From an uncultured Hormoscilla sp. (GTDB lineage: Bacteria; Cyanobacteriota; Cyanobacteriia; Cyanobacteriales; Desertifilaceae): 64,000 nucleotides of DNA. The stretch covers positions 2,912,001 through 2,976,000 of the forward strand of contig OZ001293.3 of NCBI GenBank assembly GCA_963921275.4, in the 5' to 3' direction. Below the pieces are notes generated by a model. It had not been told where the DNA came from. It searched no databases and worked only from the letters and a program-made list of their open reading frames with translations. Positions 1 to 10,459 of the stretch are shown here, one piece after another. A program made the position numbers and the translations under genes. The number at the start of each line of letters is the position of its first letter. Within the stretch, counting starts at the first letter, position 1.

Positions 1-92
1 AATTCTCAATATCTCAGATATTGTATACCTTAAACTAGAGTACGATCGCGTTTCCAGTCTCCGGCTGGTTTCGAGAGGAAGAGGGTGAATTA

Positions 93-125
93 AGAAACCC
101 GGTTTTTCCAAAAAACCGGGTTTCT
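93..125. repeat. AGAAACCCGG-type palindromic intergenic repeat (possible terminator)
   Basis: AGAAACCCGGTTTTT-CC-AAAAAACCGGGTTTCT; related copies near 11780, 29693, 30118, 30254, 53926 and 58633. Confidence 0.7.
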
Positions 126-178
126 GGGCTACCGGTGCATATACCCGCCGCAAAAGTGAAACGAGGGTAAGATAACTG

Positions 179-817
179 TTACTTATTCGGTTGAGGAGTC
201 ATCCGCAGGTAGGGCTTGACTTCGGTGTAACCTTTGGGGAATTTCTCCTTCAGGACTTCTGGGTCTTTCAGGGAGGGGACGATCACGCAGTCGCCGCCAT
301 CTTTCCAGTTGACCGGGGTAGCGACGCTGTGGTTGTCTGTCAACTGCAAGGAGTCGATCACTCGCAAGAGTTCGTCGAAGTTGCGTCCAGTACTGGCGGG
401 GTAGGTGAGGGTGAGGCGGAGTTTCTTGTCCGAGTCGATGATGAAGACAGAACGCACTGTCAAGGTATTGCTGGCGTTGGGGTGGATCATGTCGTAGAGG
501 TCCGAGACCTTCTTATCAGGATCCGCTAAGATGGGATAGTTGACGGTGGTCTTCTGGGTTTCGTTGATATCCCCGATCCAGCCTTTGTGAGACTCAACGC
601 TATCGACGCTGAGGGCGATCGGCTTGACGTTACGCTTGTCAAATTCCGATTTGAGGCGGGCGACTTCCCCCAGTTCGGTAGTGCAAACAGGGGTATAGTC
701 GGCGGGGTGGGAGAATAGGATCACCCAGCTATCGCCTGCCCAGGAGTAAAAGTCGATTTCACCTTCAGAGGACGCCTGGGTGAAGTTGGGGACTGTGTCG
801 CCTAGTCTCAGTGTCAT
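179..817 (-). CDS. 1-Cys peroxiredoxin (Prx6 type)
   Basis: FSHPADYTPVCTTE active-site motif; YPASTGRNFDE. Confidence 0.95.
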   Translation of the reverse strand: MTLRLGDTVPNFTQASSEGEIDFYSWAGDSWVILFSHPADYTPVCTTELGEVARLKSEFDKRNVKPIALSVDSVESHKGWIGDINETQKTTVNYPILADPDKKVSDLYDMIHPNASNTLTVRSVFIIDSDKKLRLTLTYPASTGRNFDELLRVIDSLQLTDNHSVATPVNWKDGGDCVIVPSLKDPEVLKEKFPKGYTEVKPYLRMTPQPNK

Positions 818-983
818 AATCTAGTTCCTGTAGTCTTCTACTAATTGTTTCCAACTTTACATTTTCCCACATACCCTGATGCTCCCACCTAATTTTAGAT
901 ATTCTTAGGATTTGGATTGCATTTGCTGATAGACTGTATTAAGTTGAGTAATGTGTTATCTTCGCGCTTAAATAGGTTTGCCG

Positions 984-1286
984 ATGTTTCAATTGTTATA
1001 TTTTATACTACATGCCCTGGATCCGTTTCTGGTTCCGATTTGCTTTGTCTGTGCCTGGATGTTAGTGCTGATGGTAGCTTGGAGTCTCTGGAGGGCCGTG
1101 CGATCGGGGGTTGCGATTTTTCGCGCAGCGTGGGCCCAGATGATGCACCAGATCCCCTGTACCGGCTGTCAGTTTTTCACCAATGATTACCGGCTCAAAT
1201 GTACGGTGCGGCCTCAAATTGCCAATACCGAGAGGGCGATCGCCTGTTCTGACTATTCTGCCAAACAGAATCCTTTCAGTCTATAG
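984..1286 (+). CDS. conserved cyanobacterial small membrane protein with Cys motif; carries a 15-nt in-frame insertion (1115-1129)
   Basis: N-terminal TM segment; HQIPCTGCQFFTNDYRLKCTV. Confidence 0.7.
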   Translation: MFQLLYFILHALDPFLVPICFVCAWMLVLMVAWSLWRAVRSGVAIFRAAWAQMMHQIPCTGCQFFTNDYRLKCTVRPQIANTERAIACSDYSAKQNPFSL

Positions 1287-1302
1287 GGCGATCGCATTTT
1301 TG

Positions 1303-2326
1303 TCAGGTTTGCAATTGAAATTCTTCTGGAGAGATTCCCCAATTGACCCAACAAATTGCCTCCCGTGCTGATTCTACATCAGGAGGCACCCGCAATGCAT
1401 GAATGAATCCGGTGCTGGGGCAGGTCATTTTCAATAAATAAATTGGTTCGACATCCCCATCGATTCTCAATAAGGTATATTCTTGCCAAGTATCTAGGGC
1501 GATCGCCTGCAACTCTTGGATCATTCTGGCGTAGCCAATGAGTTAATACGCGCCGCAGTTCCGCATTATTTTCTGCTAAAATCCATTCCGATCGCCACTG
1601 GTGCGGGTGTAGCTTACCGTACTTTTCAGGTAATACTACTCCCTGATAAGCATAAACACTCAAACCATCTGCATATTGAATCGCTGGTCCCCCTTCTGCA
1701 TGCAGAAATAGTTGGTCGTCCAGAGAAATAGAGAAATAATTTTCGGGCGCGAACAAACAATACAAATCTTTTCAAACGGAAAAATCCAACCAGCGTTTTT
1801 CATCAGTCGCTGATATACATGTTTTTTGATAAGCTTGACAATTCAATTCTGAAATACAATAATCCAACAATCTTCCAAAATAAACAAAATTTTCTGTGAC
1901 GACAAAAACTATCTTCTAGCTCGATATTTATTCCAAGTTTGTTGTCTATCGCCGAGGAGATTTGAATTGCTCCTCCGAACGTTATTATTTGTCTTGCTTC
2001 TATTTCCCCAAATATCTCATCCTCTATCATCATCTTTTTTCTGAGTCTAATTACTAGAGCGAAATGTAATGGCGCAAATATTTCAGTTCTGTCAGAGAGG
2101 ACGATAAATTCAAGAAAATATGTCTCCAAGCAGAAGCGGGACTGTCCACAAAAATTATGTCTGGTTCTTCTGTGCCCATAAATTCATAGACAGCTTGTAT
2201 AGCTTCTGTTGCTTGGCTTCGATCTAGCGATGCAGTCGATGTAGCAATTTTCCACCATTTTTCCTGGTAAACTGGCATCATAGCTTCTTGCTCTGGCGTC
2301 AGTTGTTCGATCTTAGTTTGTGAGAT
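1303..2326 (-). pseudogene. DUF6745-like protein, fragmented
   Basis: KIEQLTPEQEA N-terminus, GWIFPFEKICIVC, ENNAELRRV and KMTCPSTGFIHALRVPP lie in different frames; 8-bp duplication AGAGAAAT near 1722-1737; start codon appears as ATC after an AGGAG. Confidence 0.8.
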
Positions 2327-2481
2327 CCTGTCGGACTCCTCCCTTTGCCTTCTTTGCTGATTATACATCAAACTGCACCCGCAATACATTAAATTTTATC
2401 TTTTTTGGGGGCCTCTCATATTTAATAATAGACTCTGCTCCATGCTATTACCCTCATGCATTCTGCCCCCTAGCCGCCGCG

Positions 2482-3216
2482 TTAATGAGATGCTCCCGTT
2501 TCTTGAGTATAGAGCGATCGCCCGCACGGTCCGCGGACGGCCCGAAAAATCGGGGTAGCCAAGTCCGGTCTACCAACCTCGCACAGGGCCCGATCGCGAA
2601 TGCGGCAAGAGTCGCAGGCCCCACAGGGAAGTTCTTCGCCCTGATAGCAAGAGTAAGTCTCTTGAATGGGAACCCCCAACTGCAAGGCGCGACGGACGAT
2701 ATCCGCTTTAGAATCTTTAACTAAGGGGGCAACCAATTTAGGGGCCTTGCCTTCCAGTCCCACTTGAGATGATAAATTAGCCAACTGACCGAAAGCTGCC
2801 AAATATTCCGGGCGACAGTCAGGATAGCCAGAATAGTCTACCGCATTAATGCCCAGATAGATAGCTGACGCCCCCTTTGCTTCCGCCAGGGAAAGGGCGA
2901 TCGCGATAAAGACGGTATTGCGTCCGGGCACATAGGTAATAGGAATTATCCCTGGTTTGACGCCATCAGTAGGTACGGAAACATTTCGGTCGGTGAGGGC
3001 CGAACCTCCCCACTGGGATAAATTAACATCTATGATATAATGTTCGGCAAGGTGCAACTCTTTGGCAATAGTTTGGGCAGCCTCTAGTTCCCGATCGTGC
3101 CGTTGCCCGTAACGAAAGGATATAGCTATAGTTTGGTAGCCATCGGCAATAGCTTGGGCCGCAGCGGTGGAGGAGTCCAGTCCGCCAGACAGGAGGGCGA
3201 TCGCCTTTTCGTTCAT
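2482..3216 (-). CDS. queC: 7-cyano-7-deazaguanine synthase; 24-nt in-frame insertion at 2528-2551
   Basis: [32 protein letters not shown]. Confidence 0.95.
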   Translation of the reverse strand: MNEKAIALLSGGLDSSTAAAQAIADGYQTIAISFRYGQRHDRELEAAQTIAKELHLAEHYIIDVNLSQWGGSALTDRNVSVPTDGVKPGIIPITYVPGRNTVFIAIALSLAEAKGASAIYLGINAVDYSGYPDCRPEYLAAFGQLANLSSQVGLEGKAPKLVAPLVKDSKADIVRRALQLGVPIQETYSCYQGEELPCGACDSCRIRDRALCEVGRPDLATPIFRAVRGPCGRSLYTQETGASH

Positions 3217-3217
3217 C

Positions 3218-3829
3218 TTATTTTACCTCCAAAAACTTGTGAGTTTGTAAACTCAAGCGCCATTGCGGGTGCTGCAAAATGTAAGCAAAAACCAGACTAG
3301 GACTAGAGGGAGTATTCCACTCAGGTTGCAGGTACTTCACCACAAAACTTTTCACCTTCAGGGCCTCTTGCTCTGCCCATTCTATATCCTGAGGGCTAGT
3401 AACGACAAACTTCAGTTCGTCCGCATGAGGATAGACAGAGGGGTGGGGAGGCTTAAATGTTTTTGGGGAAAGGGTTACCCAGTCAAAACTGCCAGTCAAG
3501 GGATATGCGCCAGAAGTTTCTAAATGGACTCGCAGGTGAGACTTTCGCAGTGCATCAGTCAGGGGAGTAAGGTCATGCATCAAAGGTTCTCCCCCAGTAA
3601 CGACCACAATAGCAGGAGTTGCAGCAGTAGCTTCTGCCACCAGATCGGGGACAGTCCACTGGGGATGAAGCTTTGGGTTCCAAGACTCCTTGGTATCGCA
3701 CCAAGAACAATGGACATCGCAACCCCCTAAGCGGATCAAAAAGGCGCTGACACCAGTCCAGGCACCTTCTCCCTGGATGGAGTGAAAGGTTTCTACTACG
3801 GGGTAAGTGACTTGAGTCAATAGAGTCAT
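3218..3829 (-). CDS. queE: 7-carboxy-7-deazaguanine synthase (radical SAM)
   Basis: [33 protein letters not shown]; adjacent to queC. Confidence 0.95.
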   Translation of the reverse strand: MTLLTQVTYPVVETFHSIQGEGAWTGVSAFLIRLGGCDVHCSWCDTKESWNPKLHPQWTVPDLVAEATAATPAIVVVTGGEPLMHDLTPLTDALRKSHLRVHLETSGAYPLTGSFDWVTLSPKTFKPPHPSVYPHADELKFVVTSPQDIEWAEQEALKVKSFVVKYLQPEWNTPSSPSLVFAYILQHPQWRLSLQTHKFLEVK

Positions 3830-4052
3830 ACTCAGATCTGGGGCTACAAATCGCTATCGGGGCGAACTGCCCCTTGACAGTTATAATTTCATATTCTATC
3901 ATCCTTGTCAAGGGAGCGGACTTTGTGCTATCCTTACATAGAAGGAATTTTGGCCGGGTTTGAGCAGTAGCAGTTTAATGAGTAGGGAAGCCTGCGGTGG
4001 TGAGCGGTGGTGCCCTACTAAAAGATAACATAATATAAGGAGGTCATGGTTA

Positions 4053-4376
4053 ATGGCAACCAAGGACAGAATCCGCGAGCAGCTAACAATTTTAACTGCC
4101 CTGTGCGAAAGTGGTAATAGTAGTGAGATAGTGGAGCGATCACTCGATAAAATAATTGCCCATGAACTAGCCGTTTTCCAGCAGCTTGCAACGGAGTTAG
4201 CAGGAGAATTACAGCAATTTGAAGCCCAGTATAAAATGTTATCATCAGATTTTGAACAGCTCTTCCGGGCAGGAGAATTAGGGGATGATGTTGATTTTGT
4301 CGAGTGGAATGCTTTTTATAAAATGTGGTATTCCGTGCAAAAACGCCTCAAGATTCTTGGAGCTGAGCTAGACTGA
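4053..4376 (+). CDS. putative antitoxin (TumA-like; FE.QY.M.S..F...F..GELGDD.DF.EW)
   Basis: Motif resemblance; overlaps (TGATG) a truncated downstream toxin-like start. Confidence 0.55.
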   Translation: MATKDRIREQLTILTALCESGNSSEIVERSLDKIIAHELAVFQQLATELAGELQQFEAQYKMLSSDFEQLFRAGELGDDVDFVEWNAFYKMWYSVQKRLKILGAELD

Positions 4377-4691
4377 TGTTGTCAGAGCAGTATCTAATAG
4401 AAATAAAGGTGAGATTGCTGGCTAGTGTTGCTGTGATTTCCCTCACAATTGTCAAACAACGAGCCTTGCCAGAAAAGGGGTATTTTCGGGAGGATATGAG
4501 ACGGTATCTGTAATCCCTACAGCAGAACTTAACAGCCTGATGGAGACAGCCTATTTGTTCGGATCTGGTGAAAATGCAGCGCGTCTCCTAGATGCTTTGC
4601 AACGGGCAAAAGCACGAACGAATAAACATCGAACGATAGAAGACTTGCGTCAGGAGTTTGGACAAGGTATTAAAGAAGAGGAAAATTTATA
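4376..4691 (+). pseudogene. chimeric remnant: toxin (DUF6516-like) N-terminus joined to a Phd/YefM antitoxin C-terminus
   Basis: MLSEQYLIEIKVRLL...KGYFR, then in another frame SVIPTAELNSLMETAYLFGSGENAARLLDALQRAK. Confidence 0.55.
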
Positions 4692-4838
4692 AACCTGACA
4701 GTCCACAACTATAATCAAGGCGGGCGGTCGCCTTTACTAGGACTATGTCAATAGAAGCGATCGCCTTACATTCAGTCTTCTGATAGGGTGTGGTCAAAAC
4801 CCGTTGGTACTCGGCCTCGCCTTCTGTGCTCCGCACAA

Positions 4839-4890
4839 GCCCGAACCCTAAAGGGTCCGGCTATATGAACAAAGCCCGCCTGCGCGGGCT
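4839..4890. repeat. double-hairpin dispersed repeat (AGCCCGCCTGCGCGGGCT family); second copy in opposite orientation at 17395-17447
   Basis: Similar sequence and hairpins at both loci. Confidence 0.6.
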
Positions 4891-4924
4891 ATATACATGT
4901 ATCTGAGATGCACTCGGCTATCAA

Positions 4925-5305
4925 CTACTTATGACCACACCTTTCTGATAGAGTCAGCACTCCTGCTTTCCTATCAACAATAAGACGTAGATTTTCCAGC
5001 CAGGGTAAACCCAGCAAAATCTCACTAATTTCCTTCCCTCCTAAGACAGGAAAAGTAAACTCTTGACCGGCAAAAACAACTGTTCCTTCATATACATTTA
5101 ATCTTACATCTCCCCGTGCTGTTCGCATTTCCTGCTTGTCTATATGTAACCATCCCAAACTCTCCACATCTTGGATATCCATCGCTATCCAGTCAGTAAA
5201 ACCGGTGTCTAGCAACGCCTCAACTGTAATCACTGACCCATCAGCAGCAATCAAATCAATTTCAAACAATAGCTCACCTTTGCTACCAAAATATCCTTGA
5301 ATCAT
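4925..5305 (-). CDS. clan AA (retropepsin-like) aspartyl protease
   Basis: ALLDTGF, ILLGLPWL; start overlaps the upstream gene stop (ATGA). Confidence 0.85.
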   Translation of the reverse strand: MIQGYFGSKGELLFEIDLIAADGSVITVEALLDTGFTDWIAMDIQDVESLGWLHIDKQEMRTARGDVRLNVYEGTVVFAGQEFTFPVLGGKEISEILLGLPWLENLRLIVDRKAGVLTLSERCGHK

Positions 5306-5622
5306 ATTCTGCCACAAGTTCCTGTTTCATTCAATCGCATTGCCAAAATTTCTGCCCGAGGATGCTTCTCACGGGCTTTTTGCAAGGCGACTTTGTGATC
5401 CAGGTCAATAAAATAGTCTCCACTGTCTGGCTCAATCAGAATAAACCAGTCATAATGATCCTTGATTAATTCTGGGGAAACTCGGTCAAAAATCTCTCGG
5501 CAACGCTTGCCAAATGCGTCATCGGCGGCCATGCGTTTTTCTATCTCCTCTTGAGAAAGGCGAGGCCGATCGGGAAACAATGGCATACCTCTTGGCACCC
5601 GCCTGCGGGTTTTCTGAATCAT
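5302..5622 (-). CDS. small protein partner of the aspartyl protease (DUF5678-like), copy 1
   Basis: IEPDSGDYFID...MRLNETGTCGRI; SD-like AAGGGAG upstream. Confidence 0.75.
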   Translation of the reverse strand: MIQKTRRRVPRGMPLFPDRPRLSQEEIEKRMAADDAFGKRCREIFDRVSPELIKDHYDWFILIEPDSGDYFIDLDHKVALQKAREKHPRAEILAMRLNETGTCGRI

Positions 5623-5707
5623 CTTTACAACTCCCTTCTTCATTCTCTCACCTTAGTTTAGCATCTTCTGGGCTGCGATCGCCATCTTCTGCCCAAATCT
5701 CCTTGAA

Positions 5708-6019
5708 TCATATTCTACCAACACACCTCGTTTCATTTAAACATTTTGCCAGAATTCTGGCATAGCCGTTCGCGGGCTTTTTGGAAGCTGACCTCTCGAT
5801 CAAGATGAAATAATCTCCACTGTCTGGTTCGATATGAATGAACCAGTCGTAATGCTCTTTGACTAATTCCGAGTAGACTCGCCAAAATATTTCTCAGCAA
5901 CGTTGGGCAAATTCTTCATCTGCGGCATTGCGTTTTTCTATCTCCTCTTGAGAAAGGCGAGGCTGATCGGGAAACAGCGGCATACCTCTGGGCACCCGTC
6001 TGCGAGTTTTCTGAATCAT
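5708..6019 (-). pseudogene. copy 2 of the same small protein, inactivated
   Basis: Near-identical to copies 1 and 3, with an internal CGA>TGA (~5893-5895) and small deletions. Confidence 0.8.
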
Positions 6020-6104
6020 CTTTACAACTCCCTTCTTCATTCTTTCATCTTAGTTTAGCATCAAATGAGCTGCGATCGCCATCTACTGCCCAAATCTCCT
6101 TGAA

Positions 6105-6425
6105 TCATATTCTGCCACAAGTCCCCGTTTCATTCAAACGCATTTCCAGAATATCTGCTGTAGGATGCTTCTCACGGGCTTTTTGAAAGGCTACTTTTGG
6201 ATCTCGATCGATGAAATAGTCTCCACTGTCTGGTTCAATCATGATAGCCCAGTCATAATGTTCCTCGATCAATTCTGGGGAAACTCGGTCGAAAATCTCC
6301 TGGCAACGCTTGCCAAATGCGTCATCGGCGCGGGCGCGTTTTTCTATCTCCTCTTGAGAAAGGCGAGGCCGATCGGGAAACAGTGGCATACCTCTGGGCA
6401 CCCGTCTGCGAGTTTTCTGAATCAT
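6105..6425 (-). CDS. copy 3 of the same small protein
   Basis: Intact paralogue of 5302-5622. Confidence 0.75.
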   Translation of the reverse strand: MIQKTRRRVPRGMPLFPDRPRLSQEEIEKRARADDAFGKRCQEIFDRVSPELIEEHYDWAIMIEPDSGDYFIDRDPKVAFQKAREKHPTADILEMRLNETGTCGRI

Positions 6426-6510
6426 CTTTACAACTCCCTTCTTCATTCTCTCACCTTAGCTTAGCATCTTCTGGGCTGCGATCGTCATCTGCTGCCCAAA
6501 TCTACTTGCG

Positions 6511-6718
6511 TCATATTCTACCACAAGTTCCTTTTTCATTCAATCGCATTGCCAAAATTTCTGCCCTAGGATGCTTCTGACGGGCTTTTTGCAGGGCGAC
6601 TTTGTGATCTGGGTCAATGAAATAGTCTCCACTGTCTGGCTCAATCAGACAGTCATAATGTTCCTTGATTAATTCTGGGGAAACTCGGTTAAAAATCTCC
6701 CAGCAACGCTTGCCAAAT
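6511..6718 (-). pseudogene. copy 4 (5'-truncated) of the same small protein
   Basis: FGKRCWEIFNRV...MRLNEKGTCGRI; N-terminus replaced. Confidence 0.75.
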
Positions 6719-6719
6719 A

Positions 6720-6839
6720 CCGAAGGTGGTATAACTTGGAGTCTGTGCGATTGTATGCCACCACCGATACCCCACCTGCTAATAGCTTTTGCGCCATTGG
6801 CAGTCCCATTAGCCCAGTTCCAATTAATCCAACTTTCAC
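6720..6839 (-). pseudogene. N-terminal fragment of an NAD(P)-dependent oxidoreductase (3-hydroxyisobutyrate dehydrogenase-like)
   Basis: VKVGLIGTGLMGLPMAQKLL..G..V.AYNRT Rossmann start, truncated after ~40 aa. Confidence 0.75.
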
Positions 6840-7047
6840 AATAACCCTTGATCGCGCCATTTGAGATCATACCATAAGAAGGGGCAATATTGGTGGGCGG
6901 TGCCCACCCGACAATTAAGTACATAGGCAAAATTATTTTGATATTTTTCCTCTGAGCAGGGAGAGGGGAGAGGGGATCAGGGAGAAATGTTTGCACAAAT
7001 GATGCCCGACTAGCTATAAAAATAATTTTGCACAACTACTTAACTAT

Positions 7048-8041
7048 TAGACATCTCCAAAATAGAAATTTATGCTATAATAAGATTTGAAAATTTAATT
7101 TTGTGACGAGTATTACCTGGACATATTTGCAAGCCAAGCCTAAAGAAGCAAAACGGCTCATCGGTATCAGCTATGAAAACTTAATACAACTTATTGCAAT
7201 TGCTAAAAAGTTGGATAAAAATCATAAAGAAAAGGTGGAAGAACACAAAACTAGATTGATACGTCGGAGGAGCGAAACCTAAAGGATTAACATTCCAAGT
7301 ATTAGGTATACTTTTGTCAGTGAAAGCTAATGATATTTTTAATTATTGGCAAGAGCTTTTGCCGTTTACTTGAACAAAAAAATGGAGAAGATGAAGAATA
7401 TTTATCCAAACACAGAATATGAGTTGATAGTCGATAGCGCAAGCCATACCAAGACCTAAAGACTATGAAGAGCAGAAAAAGTTTTACTCAGGTAAAAAGA
7501 AATACCATACTTTGAAAAATCAATGTTTTACCTGGTAGCGAAGCGTGCAGATATTGTCGATGTTGTATCTGGAGAAAGAGGCCCAGCAAGCGATATAAAT
7601 CTTGCGAGCGTCGTTTTCGATCCAGATCAAATTTTTGCAGGTGATAAAGCCTATATTGGAGAACCTCAAAACTCCTCAAACCGAAAAAACAGGAATTAAC
7701 AGCTAAACAAAAAGAAGAAAATAGAGATTTTTCTGATAATTTTCGTTGAACACGTCATAAGATTGGTAAAAATTTTCCGGGTTGCCAGCGAGCGATTTCG
7801 GTTAAATATTGATAAATATGAATCGGTAATTTCGACAAAAGTTGGGTTGGTTGCGCGAATTTTAGAAGTATTAGAATCTGTTGATAGCTCTGAAAAACTT
7901 GAGATTAACCAGTACCACCTTTGGAGCTCTTTATTAACAGGAAATCTATCAAACCCAGATTCTGCCGTTTGAGTAACATATGTGAGCATGGGAGGTAGAG
8001 CTTAAAACCCAGAGCTGACAAGGGTTTTATTTTGAGGTCTA
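7048..8041 (+). mobile_element. degenerate IS5-family (ISL2/IS702-like) insertion sequence
   Basis: Ends TAGACATCTCCAAAATA / TATTTTGAGGTCTA; transposase pieces (KRLIGISY, LIVDS, EQKKFYSGKK, HTLKNQ, GDKAYIG, IFVEHVIRLVKIF) in shifting frames. Confidence 0.8.
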
Positions 8042-8051
8042 TTAACAATCT

Positions 8052-8672
8052 TCAATAAATCTGCTCTAAGCGACGAAAATCTCTTTCCACTTCCTCCCAC
8101 AGAGAACGGTTATAGGGGTCGGTTTTCAGAGCCTTTTTCAGATAAGCTCTCGCCTTATTCACCTGTTTTTCATCGATCAGATGACTCCCCCAGCGTTGAT
8201 AGACGATCGCCTGCCACTGACGCACCTCCCGATCGTGAGGGAATCGCCCGGCCAGTGCTTCAACAAGAACGATCGCCCGTGGTAATCGCTGTGCAATCAA
8301 CAATTCTTGCAACTGTTTATAGGAACTATCTTTCAGCTTCTGGTCAGCTTCTGACAGCGGTTTTACGTATTCATCTTTTTGATCTTTTTGATCTTTTTCA
8401 TTTTTTGAACTCTTGGTCTTTACCTTCACCTTTATCTTAGGTGGCTCCTGTTTTCTCTCACTTCCCTGAGGCGCTTTAGTATCTGACGATACAACGCCCA
8501 GGAGAAACTTGTAAGCGTCCGTCAATTGGATAAACTTCTGGGAGGCAAGCTTATCGGTAGAATTGACATCAGGATGATACTGGCGTGCCAACCGGCGGTA
8601 GGAGGACTTAATCTCCGCCAAAGACGCCCCAGGTCTTAACCCCAACAGTCGATAGCACTCTGGAATATCCAT
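8052..8672 (-). CDS. J-domain (DnaJ-like) protein with C-terminal TPR-like region
   Basis: YRLLGL...YRRLARQYHPD. Confidence 0.9.
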   Translation of the reverse strand: MDIPECYRLLGLRPGASLAEIKSSYRRLARQYHPDVNSTDKLASQKFIQLTDAYKFLLGVVSSDTKAPQGSERKQEPPKIKVKVKTKSSKNEKDQKDQKDEYVKPLSEADQKLKDSSYKQLQELLIAQRLPRAIVLVEALAGRFPHDREVRQWQAIVYQRWGSHLIDEKQVNKARAYLKKALKTDPYNRSLWEEVERDFRRLEQIY

Positions 8673-8741
8673 AATCAAAAATGGCAGAATTTTTTCAATT
8701 CTGCCATCGTGCAAGCTATATTAACAAATGGGAAACATCAA

Positions 8742-9350
8742 TCATTGCCTCGATGCATCCCGATCTTGGATCACCCGGTCAATCAGACCGTACTCCTGAG
8801 CTTCAACAGCAGACATGAAATAATCGCGATCGGTATCCTTTTGAATTTTTTCGATTGATTGACCCGTGTGCTTGACTAACAGCTCGTTCAGCTGCTCGCG
8901 AGTCCGGAGAATCTGCTTCGCTTCAATCTGGATATCAGTCGCTTGTCGGCGTCCAATCCCGCCGAGGGGTTGATGGATCATAATCCGCGAATTAGGCAAT
9001 GCCAATCGCTTACCCTTGCTTCCCGCTGCCAACAGGAAAGCACCCATGCTAGCAGCGAGACCGACACAAATAGTTACCACCTCACACTTGATATGCTGCA
9101 TGGTATCGTAAATCGCCATGCCCGCAGTCACCGAGCCACCTGGAGAGTTGATGTAGATATAAATCGGTTTGCTCGGATCGTCAGAGTCCAGGTAGAGCAT
9201 CACTGCCACAATTGAATTAGCCAGGGAATCTGTAACTTCCCGACCGAGAAAGATAATCCGCTCCTGATAGAGACGATCGTAAATACTAATCCACCGCTCG
9301 TAGGGACTACCAGGCAGGCGGTAAGGAACACTGGGAACACCGATAGGCAT
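8742..9350 (-). CDS. clpP: ATP-dependent Clp protease proteolytic subunit (ClpP3 type)
   Basis: [16 protein letters not shown] (catalytic Ser), MIHQP. Confidence 0.95.
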   Translation of the reverse strand: MPIGVPSVPYRLPGSPYERWISIYDRLYQERIIFLGREVTDSLANSIVAVMLYLDSDDPSKPIYIYINSPGGSVTAGMAIYDTMQHIKCEVVTICVGLAASMGAFLLAAGSKGKRLALPNSRIMIHQPLGGIGRRQATDIQIEAKQILRTREQLNELLVKHTGQSIEKIQKDTDRDYFMSAVEAQEYGLIDRVIQDRDASRQ

Positions 9351-9391
9351 AGGACAACTCTACTCTTTGTCAAAATTGAATTGATAAGGAA

Positions 9392-10078
9392 CTAAGTCAA
9401 GGCAGGTACGGGTTGAGGCAGTTCTTTGGTACTTTCCAAGACCTTGTCTATCAGACCATATTCTTTTGCCTCTTCGGGGGTCAGATAGAACATCCGGTCC
9501 ATATCCTGGGCAATCTTCTCTACTGGTTGACCCGTATTTTGGGAGAAGATGCTCAGCATGGTTGCCTTATTGTCTAGAACTTCCTTGGCCCGGATTTGAA
9601 TATCCGTAGCTTGACCCTGAGTTCCGGTCCTCGGCTGGTTGAGGACAATTGTAGCATGGCCCAGACTGGCTCTGGACCCCTTGGTGCCCGCTGAGAGAAT
9701 CATCGCCGCTGTCCCCATCGCTTGACCGATGCAGATCGTATTTACAGGGGGCTTGATGTACTTCAGGGTATCGCAGATGGCAAAGGCTTCGGTTTCAAAG
9801 CCGATCGCCTCTCCACCATACCAAGAGGTGCCTGTGGAATTGATGTAAAAGTAGATCGGCTTCTCTGGGTTATCAAATTCTAGGTAAAGCAATTGAGCGA
9901 CGATCAGTTCTGTTACGTCTATGCCGACTCTCTGCTTGAGATCGTCGTCGGAAAATAAGGGCAAACCCAGATAGACAATGCGTTCCTTAAGCAATAAGGA
10001 GGCTAAGTCTGGGGGTGGTGTCCGATAATATGCATCTCCGTAGTATGCAGATTGAGCAGCCCGAATCGGTGAGTTCAT
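9392..10078 (-). CDS. clpR: non-catalytic Clp subunit ClpR
   Basis: ClpP-like but GQAMGTAA and LNQP lack the catalytic Ser and His; upstream of clpP. Confidence 0.9.
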   Translation of the reverse strand: MNSPIRAAQSAYYGDAYYRTPPPDLASLLLKERIVYLGLPLFSDDDLKQRVGIDVTELIVAQLLYLEFDNPEKPIYFYINSTGTSWYGGEAIGFETEAFAICDTLKYIKPPVNTICIGQAMGTAAMILSAGTKGSRASLGHATIVLNQPRTGTQGQATDIQIRAKEVLDNKATMLSIFSQNTGQPVEKIAQDMDRMFYLTPEEAKEYGLIDKVLESTKELPQPVPALT

Positions 10079-10459
10079 TTTGCGTTACTGCCTAAACCAC
10101 TGTCGTTTTACTTATGGTACCTTGGGACTGCCTACTATTGGAGATTGCCGATTGGGGATTGCCGAATGCGCTCCGACTGTGCGATCACCGGTACTGTCCG
10201 CAGACCGTGCGATCGCCGGTGAGTCCGGAACAATACAACTAATAACTGACAACAAACGGACGGGCGGATCGCCCATCCTCGACTGCTGCGCTTCGGACAA
10301 CCCGTGCCTGCCCTTATGCTGGTGATAGTCAGGTTTGCAGTTCGCGGTTGCCTTCGATATCTCCTGCGGTGCTCTTGCCTCCGGCACGGCACCCACTCGA
10401 CATCGAAGTGCGGTTGTCCAGAGTGTTATCATATTATGGGAAATCGGGAGTTTTGTGTT

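Noticed and set aside
5302..6718. Possible diversity-generating retroelement TR/VR pairs
   Set aside because: Differences between copies are not confined to adenines, whole genes are duplicated, and no RT is in the window
10304..10459. Cys-rich N-terminal extension of the vWA protein and ORFs at 10080-10432
   Set aside because: They are composed of intergenic repeat-like sequence; the protein-like sequence begins at ATG 10460
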